A DNA stretch of 36,056 nucleotides, taken from contig CAAETG010000017.1 of the NCBI GenBank assembly GCA_900758895.1, forward strand, positions 1-36,056. The letters run 5' to 3'. This document shows, one piece after another, positions 1 to 9,015 of the stretch (positions are counted from its first letter, which is position 1; each line of letters opens with the position of its first letter). Origin of the DNA: Bacilli bacterium (GTDB lineage: Bacteria; Bacillota_I; Bacilli_A; RF39; UBA660). The position numbers were made by a program, and so were the translations under genes. The notes below the pieces were generated by a model, which was given only the letters and a program-made list of their open reading frames with translations, searched no databases and was not told the origin of the DNA.

Positions 1-1
1 A

Positions 2-1168
2 GTAGCAGATAATCTAGAAGCAACATTTGAATTAAATAATACAACTTTAACAACAAACCTAACCAGTAATGTAACAAGTGCAACTTATTGTACAACAACT
101 GACAATATTTGTACACCAAATACAAGCGTAAATATTTCAAATAGTAGTTATAAAGTAGCTTTATCAGGTGCAACACCTAAAACAAAGCAAGTAGCAACAG
201 CTCTTGGAAACATAACAGTAAATATTGCCTTACCACAAATGGTATGTACAAGATTAAATAATACAAGCAAAATAATCTGTTCTAATCCAGAAGGAACAAG
301 TCTAGTAAATTTTCATTATACAAGTTGTACAAGCAGATGTGGGGAAGTAACAGTAGGAATCTATGAGACTACAGATAATCTAGGAACCTCTTACTATTAC
401 CGTGGAGATGTGGAAAATAATTATGTATCATTTGCTGGATACTACTGGAGAATCATCCGAATTAATGGTGATGGGTCGATCAGAATTATCTATGATGGAA
501 CAAGTGCTCATGCAAATGGAGAATCATCTGAAGATAGACAAATAGGGACTAGTGCTTTTAATAGTTCGAGCCATCGTTATAGCTATGGCGTAGGATATAC
601 CTATTCAGAAGGATATCAACGACCAAGTTTGGCACCAGATACAATAGAAGAACAAGATAGTACAATCAAAGGAGTATTAGATAGTTGGTATCAAACAAAT
701 ATTGCTAATCAAGGATTAGATGATAAAGTAGTAAGTACAGCAGGGTTTTGCAATGATCGAGAAATAGAAACAGGATATACATGGAGTAGTGAACCAACTG
801 ATTATGCAGCAAATGAAAGATTGAATGCAAATAGAACACCAACCTTACAATGTAGTAATAATAATGACTTGTATACCACAAAGATAGGATTAATCACAGC
901 AGATGAAGTAGCCATGGCCGGAGGAACAGTACCGTCATTTAACCAAAGTTATTACCTATATACAGGAGCAAGAAATGGTTATTGGACGATGTCTCCGCGT
1001 AGCTTTAGCGACTATGCTCTCGTGTTTCTTGTGGATTCGGATGGCTCCCTCGGCTGGAACTACGTGTATCGTACGTGGTATGGTGTGCGTCCTGTTTTGA
1101 ATCTTTCTGCTGATGTAACAATAACCGGTTCAGGAACCATTCAAGACCCATATGTAGTTCAAACTTAA
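2..1168 (+). CDS. Secreted/surface protein, 5'-truncated by the window edge (C-terminal YW.MSP...GVRPV-type module)
   Basis: The frame of the listed 239..1168 ORF stays open back to nt 2 (VADNLEATFELNNTTLTTNLTS...), so the ATG at 239 is probably internal. The N-part is rich in Asn/Thr/Ser. The C-terminal GYWTMSPRS...YGVRPVLNL pattern recalls a common Firmicutes surface-protein module. A rho-independent terminator follows. Confidence 0.6.
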   Translation, partial: VADNLEATFELNNTTLTTNLTSNVTSATYCTTTDNICTPNTSVNISNSSYKVALSGATPKTKQVATALGNITVNIALPQMVCTRLNNTSKIICSNPEGTSLVNFHYTSCTSRCGEVTVGIYETTDNLGTSYYYRGDVENNYVSFAGYYWRIIRINGDGSIRIIYDGTSAHANGESSEDRQIGTSAFNSSSHRYSYGVGYTYSEGYQRPSLAPDTIEEQDSTIKGVLDSWYQTNIANQGLDDKVVSTAGFCNDREIETGYTWSSEPTDYAANERLNANRTPTLQCSNNNDLYTTKIGLITADEVAMAGGTVPSFNQSYYLYTGARNGYWTMSPRSFSDYALVFLVDSDGSLGWNYVYRTWYGVRPVLNLSADVTITGSGTIQDPYVVQT

Positions 1169-1223
1169 CTCACTTGCCTATGGCTCTTTTCCTTTACCCA
1201 TGGGCAGGTTTATTATTACAATT

Positions 1224-1264
1224 GAGTGAAGCTTTTTGTACTTTGGCTTCACTCTTTTTGTTTT
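1224..1264 (+). terminator. Rho-independent terminator
   Basis: A 9-bp stem GAGTGAAGC (1224-1232) / GCTTCACTC (1246-1254) is followed by a T-run. Confidence 0.6.
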
Positions 1265-1320
1265 AATATGTAGTGTTCTACATTTTTTTTAATTTCATAA
1301 AATTTGTTAGGTGATATCTC

Positions 1321-2406
1321 ATGAAGCATAAAAAAATGGATTATCTTCTTTTTATTAGTGTAATTATCATCTGTATTTTTGGGATTATTATGATTTATTC
1401 AGCTAGTAGTATTTGGGCTGAGTTTAAATATCAAGATGCTTTTAAGTATGTAAAACAACAAGGATTATTTTTTATAGTTGGTATTTTTGTTATGTTATTT
1501 GCAAGTAAGATTAATTTAGATTTTTTAAAAAAGAAAGCAAATCTTATTTTGGGTGTTTGCTTTCTTTTGCTTGTTCTTGTTTTAATTCCTGGAATTGGAA
1601 GTATTCGAAATGGTAGTCGAAGTTGGTTTGGTATTGGTGGACTTGGGATTCAACCGAGTGAATTTGCTAAATTGGGATTAATTATTTTTACAGCTAAATA
1701 TTTAGCGAATAATCAAAAGAATATGAATGATGTGAAAAAAGGGGCAATTCCTATTTTTCTTGTGATTGGTGTTTTCTTTTTGCTTATCATGTTAGAACCA
1801 GATTTTGGAACCGCGATGGTCATGGCACTTACTTTGATTGCTCTTATTTTTATTTCTGGTTTACCTTTTTCCTTTTTTATTAAACTCGGAATTTTAGGAT
1901 TAGGGGGTATTGTTGCTTTAATTATTGCTGCTCCTTACCGAATGGCCCGGATTGTATCGTTCTTAAATCCATGGAGTGATCCTTTGGGAAGCGGGTATCA
2001 AATTATTCAAAGTTTATATGCGATTGGACCAGGAGGGTTACTTGGGCAAGGTTTTTTAAATTCTAGACAAAAACATTTTTATTTACCAGAGCCTCAAACC
2101 GATTTTATTTTCTCTATTATTAGTGAAGAATTTGGTTTTTTAGGTGTTTTAATTGTTTGTAGCTTTTTCTTCTTTATTTTTTATCGAATGTTACGAATTG
2201 CTCTTCGCAGTTCTGATTTGTTTTGCAAATATTTGGCGTTTGGTCTTGCTTTTGGAATACTCATTCAAGCGGTTTTAAATTTAGCTGTTGTAGTTGGCTT
2301 GATTCCTGTTACAGGAGTTACGCTGCCTTTCTTTTCTTATGGAGGTTCTAGTTTACTTATGAGTATGATAAGTGTTGGATTGGTGTTAAATATCAGTCGA
2401 AGATAG
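1321..2406 (+). CDS. SEDS-family peptidoglycan glycosyltransferase (FtsW/RodA/SpoVE)
   Basis: 361 aa with about 10 TM segments. Typical SEDS strings are present: QPSEFAKL, EPDFGTA, PEPQTDFIFS, LPFFSYGGSS. Confidence 0.9.
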   Translation: MKHKKMDYLLFISVIIICIFGIIMIYSASSIWAEFKYQDAFKYVKQQGLFFIVGIFVMLFASKINLDFLKKKANLILGVCFLLLVLVLIPGIGSIRNGSRSWFGIGGLGIQPSEFAKLGLIIFTAKYLANNQKNMNDVKKGAIPIFLVIGVFFLLIMLEPDFGTAMVMALTLIALIFISGLPFSFFIKLGILGLGGIVALIIAAPYRMARIVSFLNPWSDPLGSGYQIIQSLYAIGPGGLLGQGFLNSRQKHFYLPEPQTDFIFSIISEEFGFLGVLIVCSFFFFIFYRMLRIALRSSDLFCKYLAFGLAFGILIQAVLNLAVVVGLIPVTGVTLPFFSYGGSSLLMSMISVGLVLNISRR

Positions 2407-2450
2407 TATGAATTGATTATTTTTATTTATAATAATAAAAAGGTGTTTAT

Positions 2451-3161
2451 ATGGGAAAAGTTGTAAAATATAGTCTTGTTATCGTTTTGGTGAGTGTTCT
2501 TCTTGTTGGAGGTGTTTTCTTTTATCTTCATAAAGATGGCTATCAAGTTGTTTTTAATTCTAATGGTGGAAGTGTTGTTGCTCCCATTCAAACACGTTTG
2601 GGTACTAGTGCTAATAAACCGGATGATCCAACCCGAACAGGATATCGTTTTGTAGGATGGTATCTCGGGGATGAAAAGTTTGATTTTGATACAATTATTG
2701 AAGAGAATATTACTTTGACCGCTCATTGGGAAGAAGAAGAGCAAATGATACATGTAATCTCTTTTGATACACTTGGAGGAAATTCCATTACTTCTATTGA
2801 ATTAAAGGATGGAGAAGTATTAGAAAACGTTCCTACAGCAGTGAAAGATGGTTATGAATTTTTAGGTTGGTATTATCATAATCAAGAATTTGATTTTACT
2901 GCGCCGATTTTGGATGATATGGTCTTGGTAGCTAAATATGAAAAAGTGAAAGAGGAGAAGACAGTAGCAACGATTTCTTTTGATTCCAATGGGGGAAGTA
3001 GTGTTGAAAATATTACAATTTCGATTGGAGAACTTGCTAAAATGCCAAAAGCACCAACAAAAGAAGGATATACTTTTGCCGGTTGGTATTTGGATGAAGA
3101 AGAATTTAACTTTATGGATCCTATTTGGGAAGATATTACTTTAGTTGCTAAATGGAGTTAA
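2451..3161 (+). CDS. Membrane-anchored protein with three Listeria-Bacteroides-type repeats
   Basis: An N-terminal TM anchor is followed by three copies of the pattern F(N/D)SNGGS...P.R.GY.F.GWY....FDF...I..D..L.AKW. Confidence 0.75.
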   Translation: MGKVVKYSLVIVLVSVLLVGGVFFYLHKDGYQVVFNSNGGSVVAPIQTRLGTSANKPDDPTRTGYRFVGWYLGDEKFDFDTIIEENITLTAHWEEEEQMIHVISFDTLGGNSITSIELKDGEVLENVPTAVKDGYEFLGWYYHNQEFDFTAPILDDMVLVAKYEKVKEEKTVATISFDSNGGSSVENITISIGELAKMPKAPTKEGYTFAGWYLDEEEFNFMDPIWEDITLVAKWS

Positions 3162-3234
3162 GTAAAAATATGTAAAAAAGGATGGAAATCTGTTCTTTTT
3201 TTTTGTATAATAGGACTATAGAGGAGAGAAGATT

Positions 3235-4431
3235 ATGAAAATATTAACAGTAAATGCTGGTAGTTCATCATTGAAATTTAATATGATTCAGTTACCAGAA
3301 CAAAAAGAATTAATTAGTGGAAATTTTGAGAAAATAGGTTTAAGTGGAGGGCTTTATAGTATCAAAATCAATGGTTCTAAAATTAAGAAAGAAGCAGATA
3401 TGAGAGATCATAAAGATGCAATTGAATTATTAATTAAAGAATTATTTGATAATCATATTATTACATCTTTAGATGAGATTGATGGAATTGGTCATCGTTT
3501 AGTTCATGGAGGAGATAAGTATGCATCAAGTGTTATTATCGATGATGATGTTATTCATACAGTAGGGGAATTATCAAGTTTGGCACCTCTACATAATCCT
3601 GCCAATATTTTAGGAGTAGAAGCATTTAGGGAAGCACTTCCTAATGTACCAATGGTTGGTGTATTTGATACGGCTTTTCATCAAACAATGGGAGAAGAAC
3701 AATATTTGTATTCTGCACCACTTAGTTGGTATCAAGACTTTCAAATTCGTAAATATGGTTTTCATGGAACTAGCCATAAATATATTACAAAAGTAATGCA
3801 AGAAAAACTTGGTAGAGAAGATATCAATATTATTAGTTGTCATATTGGAAGTGGAGCAAGTATTTGTGCAATTAAGGATGGCAAGAGCTTTGATACTACG
3901 ATGGGATTTACACCAAATGCCGGACTTATTATGGGTACTCGTTCTGGTGATATTGATTATTCTGTGATTCCTTATTATATGGAAAAGACTGGAGCTTCTA
4001 TCAAAGAAGTCGATACGATTTTAAATAAGAAAAGTGGTTTATTAGGTATTAGTGGTGAATTTAGTGATCATAGAGATATTGAATCTGCTATGGCTAATGG
4101 TAATCATGAAGCAATTTTAGCAAATAATATGTATGTGAATCGAATTGTTGATTACATTGCTAAATATTATGTAGAATTAGAAGGAAAAGTTGATGCTATT
4201 GTCTTTACAGCTGGTTTAGGAGAAAATGCGAGAGAATTTAGAGAACAAATTTTAAATAAACTTGCTTGTTTAGGTATTTTGGTTGATCCTGAGCGAAATC
4301 AAAAAATTGCTGGTTATTTAGAAGAAAATGAAGGTATTATTTCTAGTGATGAATCTCGTGTACCTGTTTATGTTGTACCTACTAATGAAGAATTAATGAT
4401 TGCCCTTGATACCTATGATTTAATTAAGTAG
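3235..4431 (+). CDS. ackA: Acetate kinase
   Basis: MKILTVNAGSSSLKF N-terminus; HRLVHGG, GFHGTSH and FTAGLGEN motifs; 398 aa; RGGAG-type RBS upstream. Confidence 0.95.
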   Translation: MKILTVNAGSSSLKFNMIQLPEQKELISGNFEKIGLSGGLYSIKINGSKIKKEADMRDHKDAIELLIKELFDNHIITSLDEIDGIGHRLVHGGDKYASSVIIDDDVIHTVGELSSLAPLHNPANILGVEAFREALPNVPMVGVFDTAFHQTMGEEQYLYSAPLSWYQDFQIRKYGFHGTSHKYITKVMQEKLGREDINIISCHIGSGASICAIKDGKSFDTTMGFTPNAGLIMGTRSGDIDYSVIPYYMEKTGASIKEVDTILNKKSGLLGISGEFSDHRDIESAMANGNHEAILANNMYVNRIVDYIAKYYVELEGKVDAIVFTAGLGENAREFREQILNKLACLGILVDPERNQKIAGYLEENEGIISSDESRVPVYVVPTNEELMIALDTYDLIK

Positions 4432-4435
4432 GAGG

Positions 4436-5419
4436 GTGATTCCTATTAATAATAATGTTGTAAAAAAAGTTTTTAAAAAAATTAAAGAATATCAAAAGAT
4501 TGTCATAGCAAGGCATGTAGGACCTGATCCTGATGCCATTGCTTCTACGATTGCTCTTAGAGATTCCATTCGTCTTACTTTTCCTGAGAAAGATGTTGTA
4601 GCCGTTGGGCTTGGCGTATCTAAATTTAAATATTATGGTATTTTAGATAAGATAGAGCCAGAACAATATCAAGGATGTTTACTGATTGTTTTAGATGTCC
4701 CTAATATTAATAGAGTAGATGGAATTGATGGTTTGGCATATCAAGAAATTATGAAAATTGATCATCATCCAGCCGAGGATATTAAAGGACCCGTTGATTG
4801 GACGGATGAGACGAGTTGTTCTACTTGTCAGATGATTGCTGAATTAATTTTAAAAACACCTTTAAAATTAGATACTAAAATCGCTGGTAATCTTTATTTG
4901 GGGATTGTATCAGATAGTGATCGCTTCTTGCTTTCTTATACAACGAATAAAACTTTTCAAGTGGTTCATGATTTGATCAAAGCTAGCAAATTAGATTTTA
5001 CTTCTTTATATAATTATTTATATGATCGTAGTTTAGATGAAGTAAAATTTCAAGGTTATATTGCAATGAATATGAAAGTAACAGAAAATGGTCTTGGGTA
5101 TCTAGTCATTCCTAGTGATATTATTAAAGAATATCATGTAGATTTAGCAACACCAGCGAATCTTATTAATAGTTTTAATTTTATTCGGGAAGTAACTGTT
5201 TGGACTTTTATTACAGAAGATGTGAAAAATAAAGTTTATAAAGTTAGTATTCGTTCGCATGGCCCTATTATTAATGAACTTGCTAGTAAATATAATGGTG
5301 GCGGTCATAAATATGCGAGTGGGGCTAGAATTACTAGTGAAGAAGAAGTAGAAGCGTTTATTCATGATTTAGATACTTTGTGTGAAGAGTATAAAAGAGC
5401 AAGTATTAGTAATCTATAA
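4436..5419 (+). CDS. nrnA: DHH/DHHA1 phosphoesterase (NrnA-like oligoribonuclease/pAp phosphatase)
   Basis: HVGPDPDAIAS, DHH (KIDHHP) and GGGHKYASGA (DHHA1) motifs. The exact start is uncertain because the GTG at 4436 abuts the GGAGG RBS. Confidence 0.8.
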   Translation: MIPINNNVVKKVFKKIKEYQKIVIARHVGPDPDAIASTIALRDSIRLTFPEKDVVAVGLGVSKFKYYGILDKIEPEQYQGCLLIVLDVPNINRVDGIDGLAYQEIMKIDHHPAEDIKGPVDWTDETSCSTCQMIAELILKTPLKLDTKIAGNLYLGIVSDSDRFLLSYTTNKTFQVVHDLIKASKLDFTSLYNYLYDRSLDEVKFQGYIAMNMKVTENGLGYLVIPSDIIKEYHVDLATPANLINSFNFIREVTVWTFITEDVKNKVYKVSIRSHGPIINELASKYNGGGHKYASGARITSEEEVEAFIHDLDTLCEEYKRASISNL

Positions 5420-5445
5420 CTCATTTTAACGAATGAGTTTTTTTG
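5418..5445 (+). terminator. Rho-independent terminator after the nrnA-like gene
   Basis: Stem AACTCATT / AATGAGTT with a 6-nt loop, followed by T7. Confidence 0.6.
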
Positions 5446-5475
5446 TACATTTTTTGTCAATCTTTTGTCTATTCA

Positions 5476-5504
5476 TTGTGGTTCTTCTTGACCCGTGTTA
5501 TAAT
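5476..5504 (+). promoter_or_regulatory. Candidate sigma-A promoter for ppdK
   Basis: Extended -10 TGtTATAAT (TATAAT at 5499-5504) with TTGTGG 17 nt upstream. Confidence 0.45.
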
Positions 5505-5534
5505 ACATTTATACCATAATTTAAAGGAGGCAAT

Positions 5535-8162
5535 ATGGAGAAAAAATATGTTTACCTTTTTTCAGAAGGTAATAAAGACATGAAAGAATTGTTAGGTGGT
5601 AAAGGTGCTAATCTAGCAGAAATGACTGGCTTGGGGCTTCCTGTTCCGAGAGGTTTTACAGTCACAACTGAAGCTTGTAATAAGTATTATGAAGATAAGG
5701 AAGTGATTGATGAAGCGGTTAAAAAGGAAATTTATGCGAAATTAGAAGAGTTAGAGCATATTACAGGGAAAACACTAGGAGATAAGGAAAATCCACTTTT
5801 AGTTAGTGTAAGAAGTGGGGCTCGTGCTAGTATGCCTGGTATGATGGATACGGTTCTTAATTTAGGTATGAATGATGAGGTAGCAGAGGGGTTTACTCTA
5901 GTTACTAATAATAAACGATTTGTATATGATTCTTATCGTCGTTTTATCCAAATGTTTGCAGATGTTGTAAAAGGATATCCGAAATCTAGTTTTGAGAGAA
6001 GATTAGATGAAATAAAGGAAGAAAAAGGTGCAAAGTTTGATACGGATTTAACAGCAGATGATATGGTAGAAGTAACGAATGAATTTAAGAAGATTTATAA
6101 GGAAATTGCCGGAGAAGATTTTCCACAAGATCCTAAAGTTCAATTAATTGAGGCAGTTACCGCTGTATTTAGAAGCTGGAATAATGAGCGAGCTATATAT
6201 TATAGAAGAATGAATGATATTCCATCTAGTTGGGGAACAGCAGTAAATGTTCAAGAAATGGTTTATGGTAATCGTGGTGAAGATAGTGGTACAGGGGTAG
6301 CATTCACAAGAAATCCTGCAACTGGAGAAAATAAACTTTATGGTGAATATTTAATAAACGCACAAGGAGAGGATGTTGTTGCTGGTATCCGTACTCCAGA
6401 GCCTATTAGTAAACTTGAGGATACAATGCCTGAGGTATATAAACAATTTGCAAGTATCGCTAAAACGCTTGAAAATCATTATAAAGATATGCAAGATATG
6501 GAATTTACGATTGAAAATGGCAAACTTTTCATGCTTCAAACAAGAAATGGTAAGAGAACGGCTACGGCAGCTTTAAAAGTTGCAGTTGATATGGTTCAAG
6601 AAGGTTTAATTACCAAAGACGAAGCACTCTTAAAAGTGGAACCAAAACAACTTGATAGTTTACTGCATCCTATGTTCAATGCGGAAGCTTTAAAAAATGG
6701 AGAAGTGATTGCTACGGGTCTTGCTGCATCACCTGGTGCTGGAGCTGGTAAAATTTATTTTACGGCAGAATCTGTTACAGAGCATGCTAAAGCGGGTGAA
6801 AAAACAATTTTGGTTCGACTTGAAACATCACCTGAAGATATTGAAGGAATGAATCATGCGGAAGGAATTTTAACCATTCGTGGTGGAATGACAAGCCATG
6901 CGGCAGTTGTTGCTCGTGGTATGGGACGCTGTTGCGTTTCTGGTTGTGGTGAACTTTCTATTGATGAAGAAGCAAAAATATTAACGACTAAAAGTGGTAA
7001 AGTTTATCATGAAGGAGACGAAATTAGCTTAGATGGTTCTACTGGTCGTGTTTATGATGGTTTAATCAAGACAGAAGAACCAAGTATTAGTGGTGATTTT
7101 GAAACATTTATGACTTGGGCAGATGAGGCTAGAAGAATGCGAGTTCGTACGAATGCAGATACCCCAAGAGATGCCATCCAAGCTCGTAAATTTGGTGCCG
7201 AAGGTATTGGTTTATGTCGTACGGAGCATATGTTCTTTGAAGAAGATCGAATTTTCAATTTTAGAAAGATGATTACTGCTGAAACAGTAGAACAAAGAGA
7301 AGCAGCACTAGAAGATATTCTTCCATATCAAAGAGGAGATTTTGAAGAATTATTTAAAGCAATGGCTCCATATAGCGTTACAATACGCTACTTAGATCCT
7401 CCTTTACATGAATTTTTACCTCATACAGATGAAGAGATTAAACCTTTAGCAGAAGCTTTAGGAATGAGTTTTGAGGCTTTAAAGAAACGGGTAGAATCTT
7501 TAAAGGAATTTAATCCAATGATGGGACATAGAGGCTGTAGACTAGCTGTTACTTATCCGGAAATTGCAAGAATGCAAACGAGAGCAGTTATTGAAGCAGC
7601 AATTAATGTAGGAAAAGAAGGCATTAAAGTAACTCCTGAGATTATGATTCCGTTAGTAGGAGATGCGAAAGAACTTAAATTTGTTCGGGATATCGTTGTA
7701 GAAGAAGCAGATAAGTTAATTAAAGATGCAGGTAGTGATTTAACTTATCAAGTTGGAACGATGATTGAAATTCCTAGGGCAGCCTTAACTGCTGATAAAA
7801 TAGCTGAATATGCTGAATTCTTCTCATTTGGAACAAATGATTTAACCCAAATGACTTATGGATTTTCTAGAGATGATGCTGGCAAGTTCTTAAATGATTA
7901 TTATCAAAAGCAAATTTTTGAATCTGATCCATTTGCTAAGTTAGATACAGAAGGCGTTGGGGAACTTGTTAAAATAGCTGCAGAAAAAGGAAGAAGGACA
8001 AGACCAAATATTCACTTAGGAATTTGTGGTGAACACGGAGGAGATCCAGCTAGTATTGAATTCTGTGAAAGTGTAGGTCTTGATTATGTGTCTTGTAGTC
8101 CATATCGTGTTCCTATTGCAAGACTTGCAGCAGCTCAAGCAGCGATCAAGTCTGGTAAATAA
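5535..8162 (+). CDS. ppdK: Pyruvate, phosphate dikinase
   Basis: 875 aa; GGKGANLAEM N-terminus; phospho-His loop GGMTSHAAVVARG; C-terminal PEP-utilising domain with CGEHGGDP. Confidence 0.95.
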   Translation: MEKKYVYLFSEGNKDMKELLGGKGANLAEMTGLGLPVPRGFTVTTEACNKYYEDKEVIDEAVKKEIYAKLEELEHITGKTLGDKENPLLVSVRSGARASMPGMMDTVLNLGMNDEVAEGFTLVTNNKRFVYDSYRRFIQMFADVVKGYPKSSFERRLDEIKEEKGAKFDTDLTADDMVEVTNEFKKIYKEIAGEDFPQDPKVQLIEAVTAVFRSWNNERAIYYRRMNDIPSSWGTAVNVQEMVYGNRGEDSGTGVAFTRNPATGENKLYGEYLINAQGEDVVAGIRTPEPISKLEDTMPEVYKQFASIAKTLENHYKDMQDMEFTIENGKLFMLQTRNGKRTATAALKVAVDMVQEGLITKDEALLKVEPKQLDSLLHPMFNAEALKNGEVIATGLAASPGAGAGKIYFTAESVTEHAKAGEKTILVRLETSPEDIEGMNHAEGILTIRGGMTSHAAVVARGMGRCCVSGCGELSIDEEAKILTTKSGKVYHEGDEISLDGSTGRVYDGLIKTEEPSISGDFETFMTWADEARRMRVRTNADTPRDAIQARKFGAEGIGLCRTEHMFFEEDRIFNFRKMITAETVEQREAALEDILPYQRGDFEELFKAMAPYSVTIRYLDPPLHEFLPHTDEEIKPLAEALGMSFEALKKRVESLKEFNPMMGHRGCRLAVTYPEIARMQTRAVIEAAINVGKEGIKVTPEIMIPLVGDAKELKFVRDIVVEEADKLIKDAGSDLTYQVGTMIEIPRAALTADKIAEYAEFFSFGTNDLTQMTYGFSRDDAGKFLNDYYQKQIFESDPFAKLDTEGVGELVKIAAEKGRRTRPNIHLGICGEHGGDPASIEFCESVGLDYVSCSPYRVPIARLAAAQAAIKSGK

Positions 8163-8220
8163 AAAAACAAAAGTGTATCAATTTTAGTGTAATTGCGTAT
8201 ATTAAAGATAGATATACTAA

Positions 8221-8249
8221 TTGACATTTTCATAAAAATATAGTATATT
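8221..8249 (+). promoter_or_regulatory. Candidate sigma-A promoter driving the TwoAYGGAY RNA
   Basis: TTGACA (8221-8226), 17-nt spacer, TATATT (8244-8249). Confidence 0.55.
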
Positions 8250-8276
8250 TATATTGCATTCAAAGAAATGTAGTAC

Positions 8277-8367
8277 ATGTTAACCGCTTATGGATGGTGC
8301 GGGTTATAAATGATTCCAATCGCGAAATGTTAGTCGCTTACGGATGGTGCGAGTTATAAATGATTCC
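8277..8367 (+). ncRNA. TwoAYGGAY-motif small RNA (two tandem hairpins with AYGGAY loops)
   Basis: Two 41-nt units lie 50 nt apart. Hairpin 1 (8281-8306) has loop UUAUGGAUGGU and hairpin 2 (8331-8356) has loop UUACGGAUGGU. Both stems are 7 bp with a bulged G. The four differences between units are a compensatory C-G to U-A pair, an A-U to G.U change and a Y change inside AYGGAY. The RNA is bracketed by its own promoter and terminator. Confidence 0.8.
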
Positions 8368-8386
8368 GAAGGAAAATGTTTGAAAA

Positions 8387-8416
8387 CTTTATTCTAAAAA
8401 AGAATAGAGTTTTTTG
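8387..8416 (+). terminator. Rho-independent terminator of the TwoAYGGAY transcript
   Basis: Stem CTTTATTCT (8387-8395) / AGAATAGAG (8401-8409), 5-nt loop, then T6. Confidence 0.7.
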
Positions 8417-8457
8417 CTTTTATATAGAATAATTTGTGTTAAGGTATATTTCTTAAA

Positions 8458-8487
8458 TTGACACTTCAACTTTAGATATGTTATTAT
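8458..8487 (+). promoter_or_regulatory. Candidate sigma-A promoter for the small-ORF cluster
   Basis: TTGACA (8458-8463), 18-nt spacer, TATTAT (8482-8487). Confidence 0.45.
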
Positions 8488-8520
8488 GGAACTCCCACCC
8501 TTGAAAGGAGATCCAATTTC

Positions 8521-8808
8521 GTGTTAGTTTATTTTTACTTAATTACTGTTGTTTTTAGCGTTTTTGTTGTCTATATTATAAGTATTAGTTTCATCAAAAG
8601 ATTTCAACAAGACCGAATTGAAGTGGTGGCTAAGCTATCTGGATTTGATGAGTGTAAGCATCTTTTTTCTTTATTTATTAAGATTTGTTTTCCTTTTGTT
8701 AATATGATTTATGATATTTATTTATTGGGATTTCATAATCAAATTTATCAAAAGATGATTACACAACTATTTTTGGAAGGAAGAGCAATTTTTAAGAAAA
8801 ATTTGTAA
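8521..8808 (+). CDS. Hypothetical small membrane protein
   Basis: GTG start 10 nt after AAAGGAG; hydrophobic N-terminus; no recognisable family. Confidence 0.35.
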   Translation: MLVYFYLITVVFSVFVVYIISISFIKRFQQDRIEVVAKLSGFDECKHLFSLFIKICFPFVNMIYDIYLLGFHNQIYQKMITQLFLEGRAIFKKNL

Positions 8809-8897
8809 TATATGAAAGTGAAGTTTATAGAGTAATTTGATATTTACTCTATTTTTCTTTGTTAATTTATGTTACAATTATCTAAGAGGTTAGATCT

Positions 8898-9014
8898 ATG
8901 AAGAAAAAAGAAGTTAAGAAAAATAAACGAACTATTAAACTCTATGAAGCACTATTTTTTGGGGCTTGTATATTATTATTTATATTTATGATATTTCGAA
9001 TTTGGTGGTGGTAA
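8898..9014 (+). CDS. Hypothetical 38-aa membrane peptide (not in the ORF track)
   Basis: ATG preceded by AAGAGG. Encodes MKKKEVKKNKRTIKLYEALFFGACILLFIFMIFRIWWW. Its stop lies 1 nt before the next ORF's ATG, which suggests coupling. Confidence 0.3.
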   Translation: MKKKEVKKNKRTIKLYEALFFGACILLFIFMIFRIWWW

Positions 9015-9015
9015 A

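Noticed and set aside
8277-8367. Tandem riboswitch interpretation (fluoride/crcB-like, preQ1-I-like or guanidine-II mini-ykkC-like) of the two hairpins
   Set aside because: There is superficial resemblance: GAUGG-type loop, AUAAA..UGAU.CC tail, ACGG in one loop. However, the crcB P3 helix is missing and the loops are 11 nt rather than ACGR tetraloops. The unit also has its own promoter and terminator, with a separate promoter for the downstream ORF. The AYGGAY loops fit the TwoAYGGAY sRNA motif much better.
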